Shown here: positions 10,632 to 18,153 of the stretch, piece after piece | Layout: every line of letters begins with the position of its first letter | How positions within the stretch are numbered: the first letter of the stretch is position 1 | Origin: Betaproteobacteria bacterium | Lineage (GTDB): Bacteria; Pseudomonadota; Gammaproteobacteria; Burkholderiales; Usitatibacteraceae | Reading direction: 5' to 3' | NCBI GenBank assembly: GCA_031370095.1 | Contig: JANMPY010000106.1 | Span: 1-34,964 of the forward strand | DNA length: 34,964 nucleotides | Notes under the pieces: generated by a model | Told to the model about the DNA's origin: nothing | What the model saw: the letters and a program-made list of their open reading frames with translations, nothing else | Databases searched by the model: none | Position numbers and translations under genes: made by a program

Positions 10632-10666
10632 TAGAAAAGCGCTACGAAAAAATCAAATGTGAATTG

Positions 10667-11344
10667 TTAGGCTCGTGCAGATTTACGTCGCACTAATCCA
10701 AGACCAAGAAGACCCAGGCCCAGTAGTCCCAGCATTGTAGGTTCTGGCACGTTAGAAGGCGGATCCACCATCGTTACTACGCCGACAGTCGTGAAGCCGC
10801 CCCATTCGCCGTGTGTGATGGTGGTCACGTTAGCCAAGCTGAAACCATTGGTCGTATCGACAATGCTGCTGCCATTGGCAGAAAATGCTCCACCGGTAAA
10901 TGCACCGAGGCTGTTCAAAGGCGCGCCGTTAAGTAGCGACCCGACAGTAACCGTGCCACTGGAGATCCCGCCTGTCCAAGTACGCGCTGCAAGGTTGGAG
11001 CCAAGAGGGTTGATGAGGTTCGGATCAGACAAAATGATTGTTAGAGTCCCGGCTCCGCGCGAGCTGAAATCACTGGAGAGCAAACTGAGGAACGCAGGTT
11101 GGCCGTCGGGTGCAGGAGAGTTTGATATCCCGGTGGTCACATTGGCAAACCACAAACCCAAGCCCCCGGAAAAGTGAACAATGCCAACAGTAGAATCAGT
11201 GTCCCCAATTCCGTTGTCTTCAATGCTTACGGAGTTTTCGCCGGAACTCATAGTCAGAATCATAGTTGCATTGGCGAAAGTGGCACCTACTGCTAACCAT
11301 CCGGCCGCGAGAATTGTCGTAGCTATTTTTTTGATATTTTTCAT
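10667..11344 (-). CDS. PEP-CTERM sorting-domain protein (exosortase substrate), function unknown
   Basis: 225 aa. N-terminal signal peptide (MKNIKKIATTILAAGWLAVGATFANA), a Gly/Ser/Thr/Asn-rich Cys-free body, and the C-terminal VPEPTMLGLLGLGLLGLGLVRRKSARA (PEP motif + TM + basic tail). Confidence 0.93.
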   Translation of the reverse strand: MKNIKKIATTILAAGWLAVGATFANATMILTMSSGENSVSIEDNGIGDTDSTVGIVHFSGGLGLWFANVTTGISNSPAPDGQPAFLSLLSSDFSSRGAGTLTIILSDPNLINPLGSNLAARTWTGGISSGTVTVGSLLNGAPLNSLGAFTGGAFSANGSSIVDTTNGFSLANVTTITHGEWGGFTTVGVVTMVDPPSNVPEPTMLGLLGLGLLGLGLVRRKSARA

Positions 11345-11397
11345 GGTGACTTTAGAAAAGGCTGTTATTGAACAATACTACTTACGTAGTATGATAA

Positions 11398-11413
11398 AGC
11401 AAACACTATGCCA
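11398..11413 (-). promoter_or_regulatory. Sigma-54 (-24/-12) promoter for the PEP-CTERM gene at 10667-11344
   Basis: Minus-strand sequence TGGCATagtgtTTGCT matches TGGCAC-N5-TTGC(A/T) with correct spacing. It lies about 55 nt upstream of the ATG at 11344, in an AT-rich leader. Confidence 0.75.
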
Positions 11414-11649
11414 TTAAAAAAAACATCAATAAAACATAACGTTGAACGCAGTAATAATGTAACACTCGTTTTGGAAGAGCAATGTGTAAAGTTTTTTGAT
11501 CTGGATTTGCCGTCGTTGGTGAGAACAACTTTCAAAAATTAATCATGTAAACCCAGCGACAATGTTCGTTGGTCATATATCATAAGTGTATTCGCTGCCG
11601 TTGATTCCCATGTGTCGCCAAATCAGTAGCTTTCAGGCACAAATGGTTG

Positions 11650-11673
11650 GCCTCACCGATTTATCGGCGAGGC
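11650..11673 (-). terminator. Candidate hairpin downstream of the second PEP-CTERM gene
   Basis: GCCTCaCCGATttATCGGcGAGGC imperfect palindrome about 95 nt after the stop at 11766. No clean U-tract on the minus strand, so this is weak. Confidence 0.3.
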
Positions 11674-11765
11674 GCGGGACGCTTGAAAAAAACTGCAAGT
11701 GGTGGGATTCAGGGTTTGGCGGTTTGCGGTTCTAACCAGCGTGCCTCGACAATCCCAAGCAAGCG

Positions 11766-12458
11766 CTAGGCTGCGCGGCGGCGTGCCCACCCGATTCCGA
11801 TGAGACCAATTCCTAACAATCCCAAAGTTGTAGGTTCCGGTACATTTTGGAATGTAATCTGATCCTGAAAGCCTTGGCTCGTGTAAACGTTAAGCGAATA
11901 CGTGTTGGCGGAATTACTGGGGTTGTTCACTTGATTCAGCCAGCCTTGAGCGATCGTGTGCGGTGCCGAAAGCGCGGCGTTGGAAAAAAAACTGCCCGAT
12001 GCAAGATTGTAGGAAGGCGTGTTGCGCTCGTACAAAATTTCCCAAATGGCTAACTGAAATGCTGCCGCATTGTTTCCGCTGCCCGCACCAGGAGTCGTTG
12101 CTGCCGACAGGAACATCGTCGCCAAACGACCAAGGTCGTTTCGCGACGCAGAATTTAAGGTGAGACCACCTGCATCAAGGGAGTATTCGCCAGGCGTGCT
12201 GCCAGGGATGTACTGAAATATATCCACGCACCACGAAACAAACGAATCCACACTACCTGGCGTTGTATTTGTCATCACAAAACCACCGCCAGACCCGTTG
12301 TAATCCCGGGTAGGCGCGTCCGTCTTTGAAATACTCACCCCTGCACCACCAGCAGGTGCCCAAGCAGTTACCGTAAAGGGAATTGCCGCCGTCGGCAGCG
12401 CGACAAACACACTGCTTACCAAAAAACCGAGAATTGTTGCGCGCGTCATTGAGTTCAT
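11766..12458 (-). CDS. PEP-CTERM sorting-domain protein (exosortase substrate) with a thioester-domain-like Cys/Gln motif pair
   Basis: 230 aa. Signal peptide, then C-terminal VPEPTTLGLLGIGLIGIGWARRRAA. Single Cys in SWCVDIF (Cys77) and AAAFQLAIWEI (Gln135). An alternative start is the ATG at 12449. Confidence 0.93.
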   Translation of the reverse strand: MNSMTRATILGFLVSSVFVALPTAAIPFTVTAWAPAGGAGVSISKTDAPTRDYNGSGGGFVMTNTTPGSVDSFVSWCVDIFQYIPGSTPGEYSLDAGGLTLNSASRNDLGRLATMFLSAATTPGAGSGNNAAAFQLAIWEILYERNTPSYNLASGSFFSNAALSAPHTIAQGWLNQVNNPSNSANTYSLNVYTSQGFQDQITFQNVPEPTTLGLLGIGLIGIGWARRRAA

Positions 12459-12493
12459 TTTTTTATCCGCAAAAGATTTATTGACTAGCTTAG

Positions 12494-12509
12494 AGCAAAT
12501 GTTGAGCCA
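12494..12509 (-). promoter_or_regulatory. Sigma-54 (-24/-12) promoter for the PEP-CTERM gene at 11766-12458
   Basis: Minus-strand sequence TGGCTCaacatTTGCT has GG and GC at canonical spacing. It lies about 37 nt upstream of the ATG at 12458. Confidence 0.65.
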
Positions 12510-13152
12510 CTTACAATAAGAGGCTATTAAACAATGAGTTGCAGACTTGCTGAAGCTGGAATTCGTTCCAATAATGCCCTACTGTAATTTTTTTCGACAC
12601 TCATAATGATTCATGCTTTGAGAGGTTAGTGCCTTGTTCGTGCCGAGAGGACGTAGGGCGGTGGCACATTCCCTGAAATTTGTGCGCTGCGTAAAGTTTG
12701 CCGATGGATGACAAACATGCACAGTTTCGAAGGGGCGGCCCGCAAGAATTACAGCTTTTAGATCAGCAAATTCGTTCCTTCCGCGAATGTTGGAGCGGCT
12801 GTCTTAGCAGCCACGCGCATTGTTGACGTATGGTAGCCCGCGTGGATCGTTCAAAAATCGAATTGCCATTTGGTGACAAAACATTGCGGGCGCGTCCATA
12901 AGCCAAAAAAATTTATTGCGCAAACTTGCGTTCGTCGGCCTGTTTGCGGCAAGCCGTCTGCATACGAAAAAATCCCATGTTGGCATGCGCGAAAGATCAG
13001 GACTGTTATCGCATTTGTGCAGTGACCTGATGCCGTGGAAAGCGCAAACAGCAAGTTAAAATGAAAGCCGGTTGACGCGATGTGTCGTCTTTAAAACCAA
13101 AATTCCTTGGTTTTTTACGAAAGCGCCATTCATTTATGAGAGTTTGTCCAAA

Positions 13153-15138
13153 ATGTGCGGCATCGCAGGGATTCTTTCCAACTCTTCCAATAAACCGCCA
13201 GAGCGAGCCGAACTTACCGCGATGATCGCCCGCCTGCATCATCGTGGTCCGGACGGAACCGGCATATTGGTTGATGGTGCGATCGGGCTCGCACATGCGC
13301 GCTTGAGCATCATTGATCTTGTCGGCGGCGATCAGCCGATTCACAACGAGGATCGCACCGTCCAAATAGTGTTCAACGGCGAGATTTTTAACTACGTTGA
13401 ATTGCGCCACGAATTGATCGAGCAAGGCCATAAGTTCTACACGCAGTCAGACACGGAAGTTATCGTTCACCTTTACGAAGAACACGGCGAGCGATTCGTT
13501 GATCACCTGAATGGGCAATTCGCGATTGCGCTCTGGGATGCACGCAAGCAGACCTTGTTGCTGGCCCGTGATCGCACGGGAATCAGGCCGCTGTTTTATA
13601 CCGAGGCGGCGGGCCGATTTATTTTTGCGTCAGAAATAAAAGCGCTGTTCGCGTTGCCCGATGTGCGGCGCTGCATTGATGCCCAGGCACTGGCTGAAAC
13701 CTGCACGTATTGGTCGCCACTGGCGCCACGCACTGCATTCGAGGGCGTGTTGTCGCTGCCGCCCGGTCACGTGATGGTGGTCGCAAATGGTGTGCGGCGC
13801 ATTCAACGCTATTGGGACTGGACTTTCCCCAACGATCAATCCGGTGAGAATCGCCATCAGAATCGCAGCGAGGCCGACTACGCAGCTCAACTGCGCGAAC
13901 TACTGATCGACGCCGTGCGCCTGCAACTGCGCGCGGATGTACCGGTTGGCGCGTACTTAAGCGGCGGGCTGGATTCATCCATCATCACCTCGATCATTCG
14001 CAATTTTTCTGACACGCCGCTGCGGACATTTTCGCTGACGTTCGAAGACGCCGAATTCGACGAAAGCGCATATCAAAAAGAGTTGGTTGACTATCTCGGC
14101 ACCGAACACACGTCGATACGTTGCACGCGAGCCGACATTGCGGCCGCTTTTCCACGCACCGTATTGCACACTGAATCGACGATTGTTCGCACCGCACCCG
14201 CGCCACTTATGCTGCTTTCTGCCCACGTTCGTGAAGCAGGCTACAAGGTGGTGCTCACGGGCGAGGGAGCCGATGAAGTTTTTGGTGGCTACGATTTATT
14301 CAAAGAAGCAAAGATACGTCGCTTCTGGGCGCGATCACCGGAGTCAACCACGCGGCCACGAATACTCGAGCGTTTGTATCCGTATCTAAAAAATTCTCCA
14401 ACCGCCGGTCGCGCGTTCACGCAGGCATTCTTCCGCGACGGCATGGAGCATGTCGAGCAACCCTACTTCGCACACATTCCACGCTGGACAACGACCCGTC
14501 GCATCCACCAATTTTTTTCCCGCGAGGTGCGTGACGCTATTGGCGATTGGGATCCATACGGTGCAATTTTGGCGACGCTGCCGAGTGGCATAAATCGCTG
14601 GAAACCGATGGCGCGGGATCAGTATGTGGAGGCGCATACGCTGATGACTGGCTATTTACTTTGCTCGCAAGGTGACCGCGTGGCAATGGCAAATTCCATC
14701 GAAGGGCGTTTCCCGTTTCTCGACCATCGCTTGATCGAATTCGCCAACCAGCTTCCGCCACAACTTAAACTGCACGGCCTCACCGAAAAATACCTGCTCA
14801 AGAAATCAATCAAAGGACTACTGCCTGAAACGGTGCGCACGCGTACCAAGCAGCCTTATCGTGCACCCGACAGCCAAAGCTTTTTCAATGCTGGGGTTCC
14901 GGTGGATTACGTCGCTGAGTTATTCAGCGCGTCGAAAATTTCATCCGCAGGATATTTTGACGCGTCTGCCACGAGCAAATTATTTGAGAAGTGTCGCGCC
15001 GGTCGTGCCATTGGCTTCGCCGACAATATGGCATTCGTCTCGATTTTATCGACGATGTTGTTGCACGAACAATTCATCCTCGGGCACGACATGAGCGCAG
15101 TGGGGCTTGCATCTCGGTCGCGCTCGTTCGCAATTTGA
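13153..15138 (+). CDS. Asparagine synthase-family (class II glutamine) amidotransferase, XrtA/PEP-CTERM system type
   Basis: Ntn-amidotransferase N-terminus MCGIAGIL (catalytic Cys2), so the start is reset from 13072 to the ATG at 13153. PP-loop AYLSGGLDSS. 661 aa. Confidence 0.9.
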   Translation: MCGIAGILSNSSNKPPERAELTAMIARLHHRGPDGTGILVDGAIGLAHARLSIIDLVGGDQPIHNEDRTVQIVFNGEIFNYVELRHELIEQGHKFYTQSDTEVIVHLYEEHGERFVDHLNGQFAIALWDARKQTLLLARDRTGIRPLFYTEAAGRFIFASEIKALFALPDVRRCIDAQALAETCTYWSPLAPRTAFEGVLSLPPGHVMVVANGVRRIQRYWDWTFPNDQSGENRHQNRSEADYAAQLRELLIDAVRLQLRADVPVGAYLSGGLDSSIITSIIRNFSDTPLRTFSLTFEDAEFDESAYQKELVDYLGTEHTSIRCTRADIAAAFPRTVLHTESTIVRTAPAPLMLLSAHVREAGYKVVLTGEGADEVFGGYDLFKEAKIRRFWARSPESTTRPRILERLYPYLKNSPTAGRAFTQAFFRDGMEHVEQPYFAHIPRWTTTRRIHQFFSREVRDAIGDWDPYGAILATLPSGINRWKPMARDQYVEAHTLMTGYLLCSQGDRVAMANSIEGRFPFLDHRLIEFANQLPPQLKLHGLTEKYLLKKSIKGLLPETVRTRTKQPYRAPDSQSFFNAGVPVDYVAELFSASKISSAGYFDASATSKLFEKCRAGRAIGFADNMAFVSILSTMLLHEQFILGHDMSAVGLASRSRSFAI

Positions 15139-15160
15139 GCATACGAAGTTAGGAACCTGC

Positions 15161-16705
15161 ATGCTGCTCCACCATTTTTTTGACCGGACCACCGAACGCT
15201 TAGCCGACAAAGTTGCGTTGATTTGCGATGGCAAGCAATACACCTACGCGGAGCTCGACTCACGTATTGCGCAACTGGCGACGATGCTGCGCCAGCGCGG
15301 CGTTAAACATGGTGACCGCGCAGCACTTTTTCTGGACAACAGTCTTGAAATGGTCGTGGGTGTCTTTGCTGCGCTGCGGATTGGTGCGGTGTTCATGCCC
15401 GTGAACTCATTGACCAAGCATGACAAACTCGCCTTCATGCTTAACGACGCGCGCGCCAGTGCGCTGGTTACGCATGAAGCTTTGCGTGGAATATGGCAAC
15501 ACGCGCTCGGCGCCAATGCATCGATTCATACCTGTATTGTCGTTGGCGATGCCGCCGTTGAAATAGCCACCAGCACAAAGGCTGAGCGATGCGTGCCCTA
15601 CCCGCTGCCATCTGCGCCGCTGCAAAACGCGGATCGCGCCACGCAACTGATCGATCAGGATCTCGCCGCCATCATCTACACCTCCGGCTCGACCGGCCAT
15701 CCCAAGGGCGTGATGTTGACGCATCTCAATATGGTTTCGGCGGCGCGTTCGGTGAGTGGCTATCTTGGCCTCACACAAACCGACGTGATTCTGTGTGCGC
15801 TGCCGCTGGCATTTGACTATGGGCTTTATCAGATGCTGATGGCGTTCAAGGTTGGTGCCACGCTGGTACTTGAGCGCTCGTTTACGTTTCCAATCAAAGT
15901 GCTCGAGGTAATGGCGCAGCGGCGCGTGACCGTGTTCCTTGGTGTGTCGACGATATTCTCATTGCTGATGAATTTGAGGGGGCTGGAAAAATTTGATCTG
16001 GCGTCATTGCGCATGATCACTAATACCGCAGCCGCATTATCGGAGGAACAAATCCGCGGCTTGCGGGCGCTTTTTCCGCAGGCAACATTGTTTTCGATGT
16101 ACGGGCTGACCGAGTGTAAGCGCGTCACTTACCTGCCGCCCGAGCAGTTGGACATTCGACCCACCAGCGTCGGTCGCGGCATGCCAAACGAAGAGGTTTG
16201 GTTGGTTGACGATGTGGGTCAGCGGTTGCCCAACGGCAACACCGGTGAGCTCGTCATTCGCGGCTCAAACGTCATGCGCGGCTACTGGGAAAATCCATCA
16301 GAGACCGCGAAGCGACTTAAAGCTGGCCCAAACCCGGGTGAAATGGTGCTTTACTCTGGCGATCTTTTTCGCACCGATGACGAGGGCTGGCTATACTTCG
16401 TGGCGCGTCGCGATGACATCATCAAGAGCCGCGGCGAGAAGGTCAGTCCGCGCGAAGTGGAGAACGCAATTTACAGCCTGGAGGGCGTATTGGAGGCGGT
16501 GGTGATTGGCGTTGCCGATGAATTATTGGGTGAGGCAATCAAGGCGTATGTCGTGCAGAAAGAAGGTTTCGCGCTCACCGAACGCGAGGTAATTCGACAC
16601 TGCCTCGGACGACTGGAAAATTTTATGGCACCGAAATACGTGGAGTTTGTGTTGGAATTGCCGAAGACGGATACAGGTAAAATTAAACGGACGGGGCTCG
16701 GTTAA
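15161..16705 (+). CDS. AMP-forming acyl-CoA/acyl-ACP ligase (adenylate-forming superfamily), exosortase A-associated type
   Basis: AMP-binding signature IIYTSGSTGHPKGV, plus later GELVIRG...GY and GWLYFVARRDDIIKSRGEKV motifs. Start reset to the ATG at 15161, preceded by AGGAA at 15151. Confidence 0.88.
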   Translation: MLLHHFFDRTTERLADKVALICDGKQYTYAELDSRIAQLATMLRQRGVKHGDRAALFLDNSLEMVVGVFAALRIGAVFMPVNSLTKHDKLAFMLNDARASALVTHEALRGIWQHALGANASIHTCIVVGDAAVEIATSTKAERCVPYPLPSAPLQNADRATQLIDQDLAAIIYTSGSTGHPKGVMLTHLNMVSAARSVSGYLGLTQTDVILCALPLAFDYGLYQMLMAFKVGATLVLERSFTFPIKVLEVMAQRRVTVFLGVSTIFSLLMNLRGLEKFDLASLRMITNTAAALSEEQIRGLRALFPQATLFSMYGLTECKRVTYLPPEQLDIRPTSVGRGMPNEEVWLVDDVGQRLPNGNTGELVIRGSNVMRGYWENPSETAKRLKAGPNPGEMVLYSGDLFRTDDEGWLYFVARRDDIIKSRGEKVSPREVENAIYSLEGVLEAVVIGVADELLGEAIKAYVVQKEGFALTEREVIRHCLGRLENFMAPKYVEFVLELPKTDTGKIKRTGLG

Positions 16706-16840
16706 CCGTGGTCAGCAAGCCCGTTTTACAAGATGTAGATACAGCATTAGAGCGGCTTTCAGGGCATAAGTGCCATGAAGTGCCCGCTAATGCTAGTGTT
16801 TACTAATTAACAATCTCCTTTATTTTCGGCCTGGGAAATT

Positions 16841-17101
16841 ATGCAAGACATCAAGAATTTGGTTCGCAAGTTTCTTCTGGATAATTTTGTGATGGGCGGA
16901 AACATTGTCATCAATGACGATACTTCGTTTATGGCCGCCCACATACTCGACTCCACCGGATTCATTGAATTGATCCTTTTCATCGAAGAAACTTTCGACG
17001 TAAAAGTAGATGATGCCGAAATGCTGCCGGAAAATTTTGACAGTCTTATCAATATTGACGGCTATGTTGAACACAAGCGCGTCGCTGTTGCAAGCAGCTA
17101 G
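16841..17101 (+). CDS. Acyl carrier protein
   Basis: 86 aa, acidic, with the phosphopantetheine-attachment motif LDSTGFIELILFIEETF (Ser in DS-T/L context). Confidence 0.8.
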   Translation: MQDIKNLVRKFLLDNFVMGGNIVINDDTSFMAAHILDSTGFIELILFIEETFDVKVDDAEMLPENFDSLINIDGYVEHKRVAVASS

Positions 17102-17129
17102 CCGACACAACGCCAACGCAACCGACGCA

Positions 17130-18119
17130 ATGAGCACGCCAACGCTGCACCCGGATATTCTCGCGTTGGACTGCGAAGCCGAAGCGAATCGCATCGCACA
17201 GCGAATGCTTGAGATTGTCGGCAGCCAATTGCGTCGACGCGGCGTGATCATCGCGATCTCCGGCGGCGTCGATAGCGCGGTCTGCGCCGCGCTTGCTGTT
17301 CGCGCGTTCGGCTCCTCGAAGGTGTATGGATTGATGCTGCCCGAAACAGACTCTTCGTCCAACAGCTTGCGGCGCGGCAAATTGGTTGCTGAACAATTCG
17401 GCATTCCGTTCAGCGTCGAGAATATCGCGCCGACCCTTGAGGCACTCGGCTGCTACCGCTGGCGCGATGATGCGATGCGCGCGGTGTTTCCCGATTTCGG
17501 GCCGGACTGGAAAAGCAAAATTGCGATTGCAGGCGGTCGCGACGGCGCGTTCAATTATTTTAAATTGGTCGTGCAAACACCAACCGGTGAGCTGCATGAA
17601 AAACGCCTGCCCCCGCGCGAATATCTGCAAATAGTTGCCGCCACCAGTTTCAAACAACGGGTGCGAAAGATGCTGGAATATTTCCACGCTGATCGACTCA
17701 ATTACGCCGTCATCGGCACGCCCAACCGCCTGGAATACGATCAGGGATTCTTCGTCAAGAACGGCGACGGTGCGGCCGACCTGAAACCCATTGCGCATTT
17801 ATACAAGACTCAAGTGTATGCCTTGGCAAGGCATCTCGGCATTGCCGACGAGATCTGCAACGCTGCACCGACCACCGACACCTACAGTTTGCAACAAGGT
17901 CAGGACGAATTTTATTTCGCGCTGGCCTACGACAAAATGGATATTGCGCTCTGGTCTTTCAACCACAGCGTGCCCGAGGAAGAGCTGGCATCCTTTCTGG
18001 GCATGCCGCCAAGCCACGCCGCTTTTATTTACAAAGATATCATCGCCAAACGCCACGCCACCCGCTACCTGCACGCCAAGCCGGTGTTGGTCGAGCCGGT
18101 GGCAGAGCTTCCTGTTTGA
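17130..18119 (+). CDS. NAD+ synthetase-like (NadE family) PP-loop ATP pyrophosphatase
   Basis: PP-loop ISGGVDSAV near the N-terminus and NadE-like overall length (329 aa). The start is set at the ATG at 17130 (MSTPTLHPDIL...), because the upstream extension to 17010 overlaps the ACP gene. Confidence 0.75.
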   Translation: MSTPTLHPDILALDCEAEANRIAQRMLEIVGSQLRRRGVIIAISGGVDSAVCAALAVRAFGSSKVYGLMLPETDSSSNSLRRGKLVAEQFGIPFSVENIAPTLEALGCYRWRDDAMRAVFPDFGPDWKSKIAIAGGRDGAFNYFKLVVQTPTGELHEKRLPPREYLQIVAATSFKQRVRKMLEYFHADRLNYAVIGTPNRLEYDQGFFVKNGDGAADLKPIAHLYKTQVYALARHLGIADEICNAAPTTDTYSLQQGQDEFYFALAYDKMDIALWSFNHSVPEEELASFLGMPPSHAAFIYKDIIAKRHATRYLHAKPVLVEPVAELPV

Positions 18120-18153
18120 TTTCATCAGCCGCTTGTCAAGGCTCCGACCAGAA

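Noticed and set aside
10112-10666. Possible IS element or transposase remnant upstream of xrtA (ORF 10023-10364, MSNGRLIHRVQPCTIGQKRNAKWRRKPKNG...).
   Set aside because: I could not find terminal inverted repeats, a DDE-like motif or target duplications. The ORF overlaps the xrtA start and looks like a basic-residue-rich out-of-frame artefact. It is kept only as a possible decayed region in the findings.
11408-11542. 44-codon plus-strand ORF (MPLKKTSIKHNVERSNNVTLVLEEQCVKFFDLDLPSLVRTTFKN) in the AT-rich leader of the first PEP-CTERM gene.
   Set aside because: It has no RBS and overlaps the sigma-54 promoter on the other strand. It also lacks a signal peptide or PEP-CTERM tail, so chance is the more likely explanation.
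12662-12667. Additional TGGCAC hexamers that could be sigma-54 -24 elements: plus strand at 12662-12667 and 29038-29043, and minus strand at 26371-26376 upstream of the export operon.
   Set aside because: None has a TTGC/GC element at the required spacing (GG-N10-GC), so they do not qualify as -24/-12 promoters.
13092-13116. AAAACCAAaattccTTGGTTTT hairpin followed by TT, about 37 nt upstream of the amidotransferase start. It could be an attenuator or terminator.
   Set aside because: The stem is almost entirely A-T and would be very weak. There is no upstream gene on this strand to terminate, and no leader-peptide logic is evident.
13072-13152. N-terminal extensions offered by the ORF track for several genes: 13072 (asnB-like), 15107 (ligase), 17010 (NadE-like), 26427 (galE), 30839 (ferredoxin), 32460 (gamma-CA-like), 33510 (LytTR regulator) and 4903 (prsT).
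   Set aside because: In each case a downstream ATG reproduces the canonical family N-terminus ([53 protein letters not shown], or a lipoprotein signal). The extension either overlaps the preceding gene or is not protein-like.
17791-18153. 363-nt upstream extension of the methyltransferase-GNAT ORF overlapping the 3' end of the NadE-like gene. This would make a 795-aa protein or suggest programmed frameshifting.
   Set aside because: The translated extension (MRIYTRLKCMPWQGISALPTRSATLHRPPTPTVCNKV...) is Trp/Cys/Arg/Thr-rich and not protein-like. The PrmC-like homology begins only after the ATG at 18154. I saw no slippery heptamer.
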